Positions 30,165-40,878 of a stretch of DNA of 64,000 nucleotides are shown here, piece by piece. The stretch lies in the NCBI GenBank assembly GCA_963702205.1, contig OY969724.1, positions 1 through 64,000 of the forward strand, written 5' to 3'. A program made the translations under genes and the position numbers. The notes beneath the pieces are model-generated. The model did no database searches and was not told where the DNA came from. It worked only from the letters and a program-made list of their open reading frames with translations. Origin of the DNA: an uncultured candidate division Zixibacteria bacterium. Lineage in GTDB: Bacteria; Zixibacteria; MSB-5A5; GN15; PGXB01. Position 1 is the stretch's first letter, and each line of letters starts with the position of its first letter.

Positions 30165-31619
30165 TCATACTTCCCGTCTCCATTTAGTGACACCGCCCTT
30201 ATCTTCCAGTACTATTCCCATATCCTGCAGTTTATCCCTTATGGCATCTGCCTTTGCCCAGTCTTTTTGGGCTCTTGCGTCTGCCCTTTGTTTGATAAGA
30301 GCCTCAATTTCTGATTCGTCAATATCAGAGGGTTTTTCTATCTGAGATATAAATATCGATGGATCGCTGGTTAAAATTCCCAGAACAGTTGATGCTTTTA
30401 AAAGAGACTGCCTTTCCTCTTTAAGCTGGTCCTTTATAGAATCGGGAGTATTGTCACCTGCCTCATCCATTGTGCGGTTCAGTTCCTTGATCTTATCAAA
30501 AATAATACCTATTGCACCTGCGGTATTCAGATCGTCATCCATCAGGCTGACAAATCTGTCTAAAAATTCATTCTTTTGATCACCCTCTATCAATCCCTGA
30601 ACATTGTTTGTGACATTTTCCGCTGAGCCGGTCACATCTTCAAGTCTTTGAAGTGTCCGGTATATCCTGACAAGACCTGCCTGGAAATCCAGCACATCCT
30701 TTTTTGAAAAGTCCAGGGGGCTCCTGTATTGTTTGGACAGGAGGAAAAACCTCAGGACTTCAGGGTGATAATCACGAAGGGCATCCTTTATCAGGATAAA
30801 GTTTCCAAGTGATTTCGACATCTTTTCGGATTCAACAGTTAAAAAGCCGTTATGCACCCAGTAACGCGCAAATTCCCCTCCTGTGGCCGCCTTTGACTGT
30901 GCCCTCTCATTTTCGTGGTGCGGGAAAAGAAGGTCCTGCCCGCCGCCATGTATGTCGAATGCGCTGCCGAGAAAATGATTGCTCATCACAGAGCATTCCA
31001 TATGCCACCCCGGTCTGCCATTGCCCCAGGGGCTTTCCCACATGGGCTCGCCCGGTTTTGCGTTTTTCCACAGGGCGAAATCCATGGGGTGTTTCTTTTT
31101 TTCATTGATGTCTATCCGGATGCCTGCCTTCATGTCATCCAGTTTTCTTCCGGACAGTCTTCCATAATCATCAAGCTTTTCTACGGCATAGAAAACATCA
31201 CCATCAACTTCATAGGCAAATCCCTTTTCTATGAGGACCCGGATCATATCGATCATGTCATTTATATACTCGGTAGCCCTTGGTTCTTTATCCGGTTTCA
31301 TTACCCCGAGGGCGTCCATGTCCTCATAGAATGAATCTATGTATTCCTGGGCAAGGGCAACAGTGTCTTTTCCGAGTTCATTGGCCCTGTTGATTATCTT
31401 GTCATCCACATCGGTAAAATTCCGGACATAGGTAACATCCATACCCCTTGCCCTGAAATATTTTACCAGGACATCAAACACAATGGCGGAGCGTGCATGA
31501 CCGATGTGGGAGTGATCATATACTGTTACACCGCAGACGTATATCCCTGCTTTACCTTCCACAAGAGGGATAAAATCTTCCTTCTGCCTTGTAGCCGTAT
31601 TGTATAATTTAATTGTCAT
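30165..31619 (-). CDS. cysS: Cysteine--tRNA ligase
   Basis: YVCGVTVYD, HIGH, GRPGWHMEC, KMSKS. Confidence 0.98.
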   Translation of the reverse strand: MTIKLYNTATRQKEDFIPLVEGKAGIYVCGVTVYDHSHIGHARSAIVFDVLVKYFRARGMDVTYVRNFTDVDDKIINRANELGKDTVALAQEYIDSFYEDMDALGVMKPDKEPRATEYINDMIDMIRVLIEKGFAYEVDGDVFYAVEKLDDYGRLSGRKLDDMKAGIRIDINEKKKHPMDFALWKNAKPGEPMWESPWGNGRPGWHMECSVMSNHFLGSAFDIHGGGQDLLFPHHENERAQSKAATGGEFARYWVHNGFLTVESEKMSKSLGNFILIKDALRDYHPEVLRFFLLSKQYRSPLDFSKKDVLDFQAGLVRIYRTLQRLEDVTGSAENVTNNVQGLIEGDQKNEFLDRFVSLMDDDLNTAGAIGIIFDKIKELNRTMDEAGDNTPDSIKDQLKEERQSLLKASTVLGILTSDPSIFISQIEKPSDIDESEIEALIKQRADARAQKDWAKADAIRDKLQDMGIVLEDKGGVTKWRREV

Positions 31620-32106
31620 TATTTCCCTTACTCGTTTTTATAAGGCTCACAACAGAATAGGCCTCCATTCCTTCCTCTTTTCCGGCAAAGCCCATTCCTT
31701 CCGTGGTCGTGGCCTTTATATTGACCCTGCCTGCATCCACACCAAGTATCCCTGATAAATTTTCTCTCATCCTGTCGATATAGGGGGCAAGCCTTGGTTT
31801 CTGCGCAACTATCGTGCTGTCGATATTATTTATGGAATAGCCATCCTCCCTGGCCATAAGCATAACTTTCTGAAGCATCAGGAGACTGTCCTTATCTTTA
31901 TATGCAGGGTCGGTATCAGGAAAATGTCTTCCGATATCTCCCCGGCCAAGGGCGCCAAGTATGCCGTCCATAATTGCATGCACCAGCACATCGGCATCGG
32001 AATGCCCAAGCAGGCCCCTCTCCCAGGGGATATCTATTCCCCCCAGTATCAGTCTGCGGCCTTCAACCAGGCAATGAACATCGTATCCGAAACCAACGCG
32101 GAACAT
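31609..32106 (-). CDS. ispF: 2-C-methyl-D-erythritol 2,4-cyclodiphosphate synthase
   Basis: GFGYDVH, GHSDADV, KATTTE. Confidence 0.97.
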   Translation of the reverse strand: MFRVGFGYDVHCLVEGRRLILGGIDIPWERGLLGHSDADVLVHAIMDGILGALGRGDIGRHFPDTDPAYKDKDSLLMLQKVMLMAREDGYSINNIDSTIVAQKPRLAPYIDRMRENLSGILGVDAGRVNIKATTTEGMGFAGKEEGMEAYSVVSLIKTSKGNNDN

Positions 32107-32131
32107 TCAATCCTCCGAATATACAGGGAAT

Positions 32132-32368
32132 TTAGTGACAGGTTGAGCAACTGCCGCCGGAACAGCCGGCGCAACCGGATGATGAAGTTGAGCCGGAAGA
32201 CGCGGAATAATCACCGCCACTGCTTCCGCCGCTCTTAAAACTGCAGGCCGACATCTTGCGTTTTACCTTTTTGGTATCGCAACTGGGGCATGTGACAGTG
32301 TCTCCGCCCAGAACTATACATTCAAATTCTTCATTGCATTTCATACACTGATATTCATAAATAGGCAT
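32132..32368 (-). CDS. FmdB-family zinc-ribbon protein
   Basis: MPIYEYQCMKC...CPSC; C-terminal CAGC..CSTCH. Confidence 0.9.
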   Translation of the reverse strand: MPIYEYQCMKCNEEFECIVLGGDTVTCPSCDTKKVKRKMSACSFKSGGSSGGDYSASSGSTSSSGCAGCSGGSCSTCH

Positions 32369-32382
32369 TTTAAACCTCCGGA

Positions 32383-33336
32383 TTATTTATCTTTGTCAAG
32401 TTTTTCTATAACAACGGCTGCCAGGAGAGGGAACATTATTTCGTGGTGTCCGATTATTGAAAATCCTCGCCCGCCCTCCTGAGTAGGCCTGTTGAATACA
32501 TTTGTCATAGGACGATAACCCTTTATAAAATCCATGACAAGGGTTGTAAAGTTTTTTACATCAAAACCAAGGTTCCTCACCAGCGTTAAAGCCTTTAAAA
32601 AAACCTCGGGAATAATAACAGCTGAACCAAGGTTTATAAACACGCCATCTTCTATTTTTGACACAAGACCGGCAAAAATACGAAAATCCATGTGCGTCGT
32701 CTTTCCTATTGCCGCGCCGTCCGCTTCCGGGTGAAAGTGGATCGTATCGGTTCCCATTGCCACGTGGACTGTTACAGGGATATCAAGTTCATATGCTCTG
32801 GCAATGAGGCTGAAAGGGTTATATTCAAAATTTTCCCTTAAGAGCATGCCGCCTATCGCGGAACCCATCCCGATATTCTCTTCAGCACCTTTTTTTATTG
32901 CCCCATTAAGAAATTTTCCCGTTTCTTCTGCCATGCCGTACACGCCCTTTCCCAGACGTGCGTCCACATCCTCCGATGTATGCCCGGCCATGGCGAACTC
33001 GGAATCATGTATTGTGCATGCCCCGTTCATTGCAATGGCGCTTATTACGCCCCTCTCCATAAGGTCTATTATTACCGGATTCAACCCGACCTTTATGGGA
33101 TGGGCGCCCATTCCCAAGATAACCATCTTTTTATTTTTTACAGCCTCAACAATGCAGTCGGACACATCCATAAGATCCTGTCCCGCAAGAATGCCCGGAA
33201 GGGATATCAGCCATTCCTCCATGCTTCCTCCCGGGGCCCACGCCTTTCCAAATTCTTTGACAGAGACCTTGCTCGCCCGGCCTTTCAGAGGGTAAGTTTT
33301 TATATTTTCAAGAGAAATTGGTTTCCATTCAGTCAT
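32383..33336 (-). CDS. Conserved hypothetical protein (deoxyhypusine-synthase-like fold suspected)
   Basis: GMGAHPIKVG, GSAVIIPEVFLK, GHHEIMFP; overlaps gmhA stop. Confidence 0.7.
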   Translation of the reverse strand: MTEWKPISLENIKTYPLKGRASKVSVKEFGKAWAPGGSMEEWLISLPGILAGQDLMDVSDCIVEAVKNKKMVILGMGAHPIKVGLNPVIIDLMERGVISAIAMNGACTIHDSEFAMAGHTSEDVDARLGKGVYGMAEETGKFLNGAIKKGAEENIGMGSAIGGMLLRENFEYNPFSLIARAYELDIPVTVHVAMGTDTIHFHPEADGAAIGKTTHMDFRIFAGLVSKIEDGVFINLGSAVIIPEVFLKALTLVRNLGFDVKNFTTLVMDFIKGYRPMTNVFNRPTQEGGRGFSIIGHHEIMFPLLAAVVIEKLDKDK

Positions 33337-33922
33337 TGACGTCGTCTCCGCCCTGAAACAGTATATAGTCCACGAGCTTACAGATAATATGCCCTGCAAG
33401 TATATGACTTTCCTGAATCCTGGCTGCCCTGTCGCTGGGCACAATCAGGCACAGGTCACTTATATCCTTGAGTTTTCCGCCCTTGCCGCCGGTCAGTCCT
33501 GCTACAAAAATACCCATTTCCTTTGCCGTTTCGGCTGCTGATATGACATTTTGCGAGTTTCCGCTAGTACTTATTGCCAGGAGCACATCACCTTCAAGGC
33601 CTATGGCCTTTACCTGCTTGGTGAATATATCATTAAAAGAATAGTCATTTCCGATACATGTAATTATGGATGTATCGGTCGAAAGCGAGATGGCCGGCAG
33701 AGGAGGCCGTTCCATTTCGAGCCTGTTCACAAACTCAGCGGCAATATGCTGTGCATCTGCCGCGCTTCCGCCGTTTCCGCAAAGCATAAGTTTCCTGTCG
33801 TTCGTAAAGGAAGCAACTATCTTTTTTGAAAGGATGATCAGGTCATCGCCGCATTCCCTGATAAACTGTTCCTTTACCTTTAAACTTTCCTGAAGAGTCT
33901 CAGAAATAATATCTTTCATCAT
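33329..33922 (-). CDS. gmhA: D-sedoheptulose-7-phosphate isomerase
   Basis: CGNGGSAADAQH, ISTSGNS, RIQESH. Confidence 0.95.
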   Translation of the reverse strand: MMKDIISETLQESLKVKEQFIRECGDDLIILSKKIVASFTNDRKLMLCGNGGSAADAQHIAAEFVNRLEMERPPLPAISLSTDTSIITCIGNDYSFNDIFTKQVKAIGLEGDVLLAISTSGNSQNVISAAETAKEMGIFVAGLTGGKGGKLKDISDLCLIVPSDRAARIQESHILAGHIICKLVDYILFQGGDDVND

Positions 33923-33933
33923 TCCTCCATACC

Positions 33934-35352
33934 TCAAATGCCGATGGAATTCATATCGCTGATCGCCTTTGCAACGATCTTTAATTCTTTATCCTGTATT
34001 GTTCTTACATCAAGAAGGACACTGTCCTGCTCTACCCTAACAATAATGGGAGGGTCGCCGGCCTTCAGAATTTCGTTTATCCGATGGGCTGTCATCTCAC
34101 GCGGATTGAGCCGTAAAAGGCGTGTATGAAGTTCCATCAGAGGCAGGGCGCCCCCGCCCACCTTTGACATGCCATCCACGGTATCAACCCCGAAATTGTT
34201 GCCATCTTTGGCTGTTATCATGCGCAAAATGCGTCGGGCCTTTGCCTTGAGATCTTCATAGGACTGGCAAATCATCCTGAGGGTCGGTATTGTGTCAATG
34301 GCCTTTCGTTCATCCCTGTATATATTCAATGTCTCTTCAAGGGCCAGGAGAGTCAGCTTGTCTATCCTTAATGCCCTGTTAAGCTGGTTCTTTTTTATTT
34401 TTTCAACCGGTGGTTTTTTCCCCAGGATTATACCTGCCTGGGGCCCCCCCAGGAGTTTATCACCGCTGAATGTGACCAGGTCTATACCTGCCTCAAGCAC
34501 CTGCTGGACGGTCGGTTCCCATTCCATTCCATATTTGGAAAAGTCGATAAATGATCCGCTGCCAAGATCTTCAATAACAGGTATGTTGTGTTTTTTTCCG
34601 AGTTCCACGAGGGCGGACCTTTCGACCTCCTCATTGAACCCTACTATCTGGAAATTGCTTTTGTGGACCTTTAATATGGCTGCTGTTTCAGGGGTTATGG
34701 CCTCTTCATAGTCCTTCAGGTGGGTCTTGTTCGTTGTTCCCACTTCGATCATTCTTGCGCCGCTTTTTCTCATAACATCAGGTATCCTGAATGATCCTCC
34801 GATCTCAACCAGTTCACCCCTGGATATTATTACCTCACGGTCTTTTGCCATCGTTTCAAGGGTAATAAGGACGGCAGCAGCATTATTATTTACCACCATG
34901 GCGGCCTCTGCCGAGGTCAACTCCTTTAAAATTCCCTCCACATGGGTATACCTGCTTCCCCGTTTCCCCATTTCAATATCATACTCAAGATTGCTGTAAC
35001 CGCTGCTGATTGCCTTAAATTTATCTATTACACTTTCGGCAAGCAGAGATCTCCCGAGATTGGTGTGGATGACAACACCGGTGGCGTTTATAACATTCCT
35101 GAGACTTGACCTGGAAACGAGCCGGAGCCTCTCAGCGATCATAGCGATGATATTGTTCTGATCCATCGCCATGCCCTCCTTTGTTATCTCTCCCTTTTCA
35201 ATGCCCTTTCTTGTCTCGGACAGGATTTCATTGATTGACCTGAGTATGAGACTTCGAGGATAATTTGCTGAAATGCCTTTTATTTCAGGTGCTTCCAGCA
35301 GGCGGTCTACAGCTGGAATCTTCCTGAATAATTCTGATCTGCTATCTGTCAT
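33934..35352 (-). CDS. selA: L-seryl-tRNA(Sec) selenium transferase
   Basis: INATGVVIHTNLGR, EIGGSFRIP, EVGTTNKT, FSGDKLLGGPQAG. Confidence 0.97.
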   Translation of the reverse strand: MTDSRSELFRKIPAVDRLLEAPEIKGISANYPRSLILRSINEILSETRKGIEKGEITKEGMAMDQNNIIAMIAERLRLVSRSSLRNVINATGVVIHTNLGRSLLAESVIDKFKAISSGYSNLEYDIEMGKRGSRYTHVEGILKELTSAEAAMVVNNNAAAVLITLETMAKDREVIISRGELVEIGGSFRIPDVMRKSGARMIEVGTTNKTHLKDYEEAITPETAAILKVHKSNFQIVGFNEEVERSALVELGKKHNIPVIEDLGSGSFIDFSKYGMEWEPTVQQVLEAGIDLVTFSGDKLLGGPQAGIILGKKPPVEKIKKNQLNRALRIDKLTLLALEETLNIYRDERKAIDTIPTLRMICQSYEDLKAKARRILRMITAKDGNNFGVDTVDGMSKVGGGALPLMELHTRLLRLNPREMTAHRINEILKAGDPPIIVRVEQDSVLLDVRTIQDKELKIVAKAISDMNSIGI

Positions 35353-35438
35353 AATGCCTTGCCCGTTTCCTGTCCCTTAATATTTTCAATCTTTTTGTTG
35401 CAAAATTTTAAAAGCATGGTAAATAGATAACAAAATAT

Positions 35439-35515
35439 GGTGGGTGTAGCTCAGCTGGCAGAGCACTTGGTTGTGGCCCAAGATGCCGCGGGTTCAAGTC
35501 CCGTCACTCACCCCA
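35439..35515 (+). tRNA. tRNA-His (GUG)
   Basis: G-1, acceptor GTGGGTG/CACTCAC, anticodon arm CTTGG-TTGTGGC-CCAAG, GGTTCAAGTCC, encoded CCA. Confidence 0.97.
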
Positions 35516-35535
35516 TTAAAATATAATATATCAGT

Positions 35536-35557
35536 AAGGGAGCGAATGCTCCCTTTT
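35536..35557 (+). terminator. Terminator after tRNA-His
   Basis: AAGGGAGC-gaat-GCTCCCTTTT. Confidence 0.85.
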
Positions 35558-35727
35558 ATATTTTAAGGAATGAATACTCCGAACAGTGCTATTGCTTCCA
35601 CCTTGTTATTTTCTTAATCTTATCAAAAACATATGTTTGTTAGCATATTTTTTTGTTCTTTAAAAGAACAAAGAATAGCCCTCATTACATTTTATATTAA
35701 TATTAGTGGATAATTAACTTTCAGGAA

Positions 35728-36280
35728 GTAATTTCCGGTTGGAAAATTGTGCCTGCTACCATTTCGAAAGACGATATATGCAACTTTTGTGGCCGTTGAT
35801 CCGGCAAAGGACATCATTTTTCAGGACGGAATCGAACTGACTCAGTACATGTGTTTTATTTTTAAGGATCAGAGAAATATAAGAGGTGCACATTATTTAT
35901 GTACAATTGATCCTTAAAAATTAAAACACTGCATATGTGATTACCGGTTATAAAACGATCCCATCCTGAAAAACAATGTCCTTTGCCTGCTGCGGGGGAC
36001 GAAACAGCTGAAAATAAAATCTGGCGATCCTCAGAATTTGCTTCCTGCCTCAAGTGGAGGTGATGCCCTTTTCCTGAAAACATATACGCATATAAATACC
36101 CAATTGGTTCGCGGTTTTGAATTTTTAAGGATTATGTAATTACGTTCTCAAAATGACAGAGGTTATAATCCTTAAAAATCAAAACCAATGTAAGGTGTTT
36201 TTCGGATATGTTTTCGGGAAAAAGGGCAGCGCCGGAACGATAATTCGTCCATGAAATGAAATTTCTTAACCGAAAATTAC
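35728..36280. other. Nested inverted-repeat non-coding element (two long hairpins inside an outer stem)
   Basis: Outer 35728-35748/36259-36280; hairpin A 35803-35987; hairpin B 36064-36228. Confidence 0.75.
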
Positions 36281-36335
36281 CGGGTTTCATTTATATTTTT
36301 AAGACAAACAAGATATCTATACTGGAAGAAAAGGG

Positions 36336-36363
36336 TCACCCTGCAGTTTTCACTGCAGGGTGA
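36336..36363. terminator. Hairpin downstream of adk, probable terminator
   Basis: TCACCCTGCAGT-tttc-ACTGCAGGGTGA. Confidence 0.6.
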
Positions 36364-36427
36364 AGGTCTTAATGCTGGTTCATTAAAGGAAACTGACTAG
36401 TGCCAGAAAATAGTTTATGGATGGGCA

Positions 36428-37108
36428 CTATTTAATCTTATTCAACAGATCTTCCGAAACTTCCTTGACACCCGGTCGTCCATCAAGCTCAATAAATTTT
36501 GGCGTACCACTGTTGTCGGCAGAGAGTTTTTTAAAGAAGTTCACTGCGGCCATTGTACCTGTTGAATCGTCATAGTAGATATCATGCCTTTTGTCTATTG
36601 CAGCTTCATCCTGGTCATCAGACCTTGTCTTGAGCCCGCCGCCGCAAACACGGCATTTATCACCATTTGGTTTTATGGCGTCGATAAAGATATTATTGGG
36701 ATGATTGTTGTCATTTTCACAGAGTCGTCGGCCCATTATCCTGTCCTTGGCAATCTGCCTGTCAAGTACCATTTCTATAACGATATCAAGAATAATGCCT
36801 TCTGCCTTGAGCGCCTTGTCCAGTTCTTCCGCCTGTGTAAGATTTCTGGGAAAACCATCCAGCAGCCAGCCGTTGCCGCAGTCATCACCCTTGAGCCTGT
36901 CAAGAATCATAGGGATTGTAATGCTGTCGGGTACAAGCTCCCCCCTGTCTATATATCCCTTTGCTTCTTTGCCCAGATCAGTGCCCTTTGATATATTTTC
37001 TCTGAAAATTACACCGGTTTCGATATGGGGAATATTTAATTTATCCTTAACTATAGCACCCTGGGTGCCTTTTCCGCTTCCGTTTGGTCCGAAAAAAAGA
37101 ACTTTCAT
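36428..37108 (-). CDS. adk: Adenylate kinase
   Basis: GPNGSGKGTQ, GELVPD, LLDGFPR, RSDD. Confidence 0.96.
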   Translation of the reverse strand: MKVLFFGPNGSGKGTQGAIVKDKLNIPHIETGVIFRENISKGTDLGKEAKGYIDRGELVPDSITIPMILDRLKGDDCGNGWLLDGFPRNLTQAEELDKALKAEGIILDIVIEMVLDRQIAKDRIMGRRLCENDNNHPNNIFIDAIKPNGDKCRVCGGGLKTRSDDQDEAAIDKRHDIYYDDSTGTMAAVNFFKKLSADNSGTPKFIELDGRPGVKEVSEDLLNKIK

Positions 37109-37370
37109 TATTATATCTCCTTTTGGTGGGTTTTTTATTTTGTGAAAATTATTTCAATTGCAGAATAAAGTCAAGGAGGGAAAGGTGGGGGGAGGTGCAA
37201 CCGGTTATTTGATTTTAATATAGTTGGGGAAGATTTTGATTATTACCCGGATAAATGGAGAAGGCGCAGGGCTCAGGGAAAATCAAAAACATTTCTAATC
37301 GGGGTTTTTATTTTTAAGGTTTTGACCCTGCGCCTTGTGCCCTGAGCCATGCACCTTTTTTTCATCCCCC

Positions 37371-37399
37371 TTGACATTGTTCACTTGGAAGGGTATATT
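37371..37399 (+). promoter_or_regulatory. Sigma-70 promoter of the ars operon
   Basis: TTGACA-17 nt-TATATT. Confidence 0.75.
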
Positions 37400-37432
37400 C
37401 CTAAAAAAGAATATGCATAAAAGGCAAATCAT

Positions 37433-37777
37433 ATGAAAGATTTTATAAAAGTAATGAAGGCATTATCCGATCCAAACAGGGTCAAAATAGTTAAGATGCT
37501 GCAGCATAAAACAATGTGTGTCTGCGAAATAAGAGAAGCCCTTCAGATAGCCCAGCCCAGCGTATCAAAACATCTTAAAATTCTAGAAGACGCCGATCTT
37601 GTGGCCGGCAGGAAGGACGGCCAGTGGGTTGACTATTATCTTACAGACGGGAGCAGGTCGCCATATGTTGCGAGTCTTCTTGGCAATCTGAAACACTGGC
37701 TGGAAAATGAAAAAGAGATCAGGGATATTATAAATAAGATCCCTTCCATCCGCAGAGAAGACGTCTGCTGCAAATGA
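37433..37777 (+). CDS. arsR: ArsR/SmtB repressor
   Basis: KALSDPNR, MCVCE, SVSKHL; C-terminal CC. Confidence 0.92.
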   Translation: MKDFIKVMKALSDPNRVKIVKMLQHKTMCVCEIREALQIAQPSVSKHLKILEDADLVAGRKDGQWVDYYLTDGSRSPYVASLLGNLKHWLENEKEIRDIINKIPSIRREDVCCK

Positions 37778-37839
37778 TTTTTTTTGGCATTTATAAATAG
37801 TCATATTGGAATATATGCATTTAATTAATGGAGATTGTT

Positions 37840-38073
37840 ATGGAAATAAAGATACTGGGACCAGGATGTAAAAAATGCGAATCCACCAGAAGAGCTGTTG
37901 AAGAAGCAGTAGCTGAAAGCGGAATTTCAGCAGAAATTATTAAGGTTACCGATATGCTTGAGATAGCAAAACATGGTGTTTTCGGGACACCGGCTGTTGT
38001 GGTGGATGGAAAGGTAAAAAGCGTGGGGAAAATTCCGACCAAGGGTGAGATCAAGGGTTGGATACAACAATAA
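37840..38073 (+). CDS. Small thioredoxin-like redox protein (MTH895 type)
   Basis: ILGPGCKKC, TPAVVVDG. Confidence 0.9.
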   Translation: MEIKILGPGCKKCESTRRAVEEAVAESGISAEIIKVTDMLEIAKHGVFGTPAVVVDGKVKSVGKIPTKGEIKGWIQQ

Positions 38074-38087
38074 CAAAGGAGGATAAA

Positions 38088-38477
38088 ATGAAGTCTTTAA
38101 TATTGTCATTTATTTTAGCTTTACTTTTAACAACCGGGTTTTCGGTTAATTCATCCGCTTCCGAAGAGCATGAGAACTTTCTCAAAAACCTTCCTGTCAA
38201 GGGAACGGTGACAATGATAGATCTCGGCAAGAAAAACTGTACCCAGTGCAAGATGATGGCCCCCATACTGGAAAAACTTAAATTGCAATACAAAGGAAAG
38301 GTCGAAATTGTCTTTATAAACCTCCTGGATGATCCGGAACAACAATATCGCTTCCGCTTAAAGGCCTTGCCAACTCAGATATTTTTTAACAGGGAAGGAG
38401 AGGAAGTTTACAGGCATATAGGATTCCTGAGTGAAAAGGATATAACTGCCCAGCTTGTTAAAATGGGTGTTGAATAA
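38088..38477 (+). CDS. Exported thioredoxin-family protein
   Basis: Signal peptide; CTQCKMMAP; LPTQIFF. Confidence 0.88.
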   Translation: MKSLILSFILALLLTTGFSVNSSASEEHENFLKNLPVKGTVTMIDLGKKNCTQCKMMAPILEKLKLQYKGKVEIVFINLLDDPEQQYRFRLKALPTQIFFNREGEEVYRHIGFLSEKDITAQLVKMGVE

Positions 38478-38503
38478 CATTCATTCCTTCGGAGAATAAT
38501 TTA

Positions 38504-39208
38504 ATGCTGGATTCCTTTTTTATTACTGTCAACGGATGGATATCAAGTGGACCTTTACTTGCGGCCGTCGGCTGTTTTTTATGGGGAGTGATAAGTGTTC
38601 TGTTCAGCCCCTGCCATCTTGCGTCAATACCCCTTATTGTCGGCTATGTCGGGGGGCAGGAGGCGATGCTTACGCCGCGAAAGGCAGGTGTTTACTCTGT
38701 TTTATTTTCAACCGGGCTGTTTATTTCCATAGCCCTTATAGGGATCATCTGTGCCCTTCTGGGGCGGATGCTTGGAGATGTAGGTAATTACTGGCAGATC
38801 TTTATTGGACTTATTCTTATATGGATCGCCCTGGGAATGCTCGGAGTTGAAAAATGTACCGCGTCCGGCAGTCTGCTTTACAAACTGAATTTCAGAGGAT
38901 TTGCCGGTGCATTTGGGCTTGGTCTGGCATACGGCATTCTATCTGGTTCATGCACATTTGGATTTATTGCACCTGTTCTGGCAATCATCACCGTACAAAA
39001 GCAGATCGCATCAGGAATACTTTTTATATTGCTGTTTGCCGTTGGTCATTGCCTGCCTATCGTAGTGGCAGGCAGTTCAACGGCTGCCGTGAAAAGGATC
39101 ATGGAAAACAGCAGGTGGCAGGGAGCAGGTACCTGTTTTAGAAAAGGAGCGGGTGCTATTATCATTTTATTGGGGATCTATTTTATAGTTAATCCTTTTT
39201 TAAAATAA
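38504..39208 (+). CDS. CcdA/DsbD transmembrane electron carrier
   Basis: SPCHL and GSCT Cys pair; six TM segments. Confidence 0.88.
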   Translation: MLDSFFITVNGWISSGPLLAAVGCFLWGVISVLFSPCHLASIPLIVGYVGGQEAMLTPRKAGVYSVLFSTGLFISIALIGIICALLGRMLGDVGNYWQIFIGLILIWIALGMLGVEKCTASGSLLYKLNFRGFAGAFGLGLAYGILSGSCTFGFIAPVLAIITVQKQIASGILFILLFAVGHCLPIVVAGSSTAAVKRIMENSRWQGAGTCFRKGAGAIIILLGIYFIVNPFLK

Positions 39209-39243
39209 TTATCCGATTGTTATTAGAATAAGGAAGCGAATGA

Positions 39244-39765
39244 ATGCTGCTGGAAGGGTATAAAAAAGAGATATTCAGGGCAAAATGCAATCCGAGCTTT
39301 GAATCCATTCACTGCATCGCACATCTTGAACAGGATGTATCCGATGTACTACCCTACCTGAATGCCGTACTTGGCGGATTTGAATATTTAAAAGATCCAC
39401 CGGCAGTTACATTTAAAATGCACGGGAAACTTATCACTGTTCATTCGAAAGAGATAGCCATTAATGCACTCAAAGGTGAAGAAGAGGCAAACAAAATACT
39501 GGAATGGCTTAAACAGGAGATTAATGACGCATGGGAAAAAAGAAATGAAATAGTGCCCTGTTATGAAGGCATCGGGAAGCCTAAAGTATTTGAAATTTTA
39601 AAACTTCTGCCTAAAACCAACTGCCGCGAATGCGGTGAATCTACATGTATGGTTTTTGCTGCCAGGATAGCAGAAGGCGCTAAAGGTATTGAAAAATGCA
39701 AACCAATTTCAGATGAGAATAAAATGAAGTTATCTGATTATATGGATCAATTCCGGCTGGAGTAA
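39244..39765 (+). CDS. Fe-S cluster-binding protein
   Basis: [14 protein letters not shown]...KC. Confidence 0.82.
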   Translation: MLLEGYKKEIFRAKCNPSFESIHCIAHLEQDVSDVLPYLNAVLGGFEYLKDPPAVTFKMHGKLITVHSKEIAINALKGEEEANKILEWLKQEINDAWEKRNEIVPCYEGIGKPKVFEILKLLPKTNCRECGESTCMVFAARIAEGAKGIEKCKPISDENKMKLSDYMDQFRLE

Positions 39766-39785
39766 AAATTTTTCAGGAGAAGTAT

Positions 39786-40877
39786 ATGAGTGTATCTATA
39801 TCAAAAAAACTCTCTTTCCTGGACAGGTTCCTAACACTCTGGATATTCGCCGCGATGATAACAGGTGTATTTTCCGGGTATTTTTTCCCTAAAGTAAAGG
39901 ATTTTATCAATCTTTTCCAAGTTGGAACAACAAACATCCCTATTGCAATAGGGTTAATTTTAATGATGTACCCTCCCCTTGCAAAGGTAAAATATGAACA
40001 ACTGGGACAGGTATTTAAAAATTTCAAGGTTCTTGCTCTTTCACTGGTACAGAACTGGATCATAGGTCCGATACTCATGTTCCTTCTTGCTATAACATTT
40101 TTATCGGGGCACCAGGAATACATGGTAGGACTTATCCTTATCGGCCTTGCCCGCTGCATTGCAATGGTGATTGTATGGAATGATCTTGCGTCAGGAGACA
40201 CTGAATACTGCGCCGGTCTTGTAGCATTTAATTCAATATTTCAGGTTTTATTCTTTTCTGTTTATGCCTACATATTCATTACTGTTCTTCCCCAGTGGAT
40301 AGGGCTTAAAGGAATGGTGGTTGATATATCCATCGGTCAGATAGCCGAAAGCGTATTTATCTATCTTGGAATACCATTTATAGCAGGTATTATTTCGCGA
40401 GTTATCGGCCTTAATACAAAAGGAAGGGAATGGTACGAAAAAAAATTCATACCAAAGATAAGCCCTCTGACCCTTATTGCCCTGCTCTTTACAATCCTTG
40501 TGATGTTCTCTCTCAAGGGGGAGTATATAGTTCAACTTCCGATGGATGTAGTTCGTGTTGCAATACCTCTCTGTATATATTTTGTGATAATGTTTTTTGC
40601 CTCTTTTTTTCTATCCATGAAGGCAGGGGCATCATATGAACAGTCAGCAACGCTCAGTTTTACAGCAGCGTCAAATAACTTTGAACTCGCGATCGCTGTT
40701 GCGGTAGCAGTTTTCGGAATCAATTCAGGGCAGGCATTTGCCGCGGTGATCGGTCCGCTCGTTGAAGTTCCTGTACTGATAGGGCTTGTTAATGTGGCTT
40801 TATGGTTCAGGAAAAAATATTTTCCATATGCAGTGCAAACACCGACAGGTGTGTGTCATATGACATGTGAGGGGTAA
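39786..40877 (+). CDS. acr3: ACR3-family arsenite efflux transporter
   Basis: [33 protein letters not shown]. Confidence 0.96.
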   Translation: MSVSISKKLSFLDRFLTLWIFAAMITGVFSGYFFPKVKDFINLFQVGTTNIPIAIGLILMMYPPLAKVKYEQLGQVFKNFKVLALSLVQNWIIGPILMFLLAITFLSGHQEYMVGLILIGLARCIAMVIVWNDLASGDTEYCAGLVAFNSIFQVLFFSVYAYIFITVLPQWIGLKGMVVDISIGQIAESVFIYLGIPFIAGIISRVIGLNTKGREWYEKKFIPKISPLTLIALLFTILVMFSLKGEYIVQLPMDVVRVAIPLCIYFVIMFFASFFLSMKAGASYEQSATLSFTAASNNFELAIAVAVAVFGINSGQAFAAVIGPLVEVPVLIGLVNVALWFRKKYFPYAVQTPTGVCHMTCEG

Positions 40878-40878
40878 A

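Noticed and set aside
35439..35515. tRNA-Sec (selC) next to selA
   Set aside because: Anticodon is GUG with a short variable loop and G-1, so it is tRNA-His
35965..36010. Hammerhead-like GTCC...GGACGAAAC
   Set aside because: No CUGANGA core directly before the stem (CTGAAAAACAAT instead), and the 5' arm belongs to a longer hairpin
35720..36220. CsrB-like sRNA from repeated AGGA motifs
   Set aside because: Motifs occur in both orientations and are buried in stems, not displayed in loops
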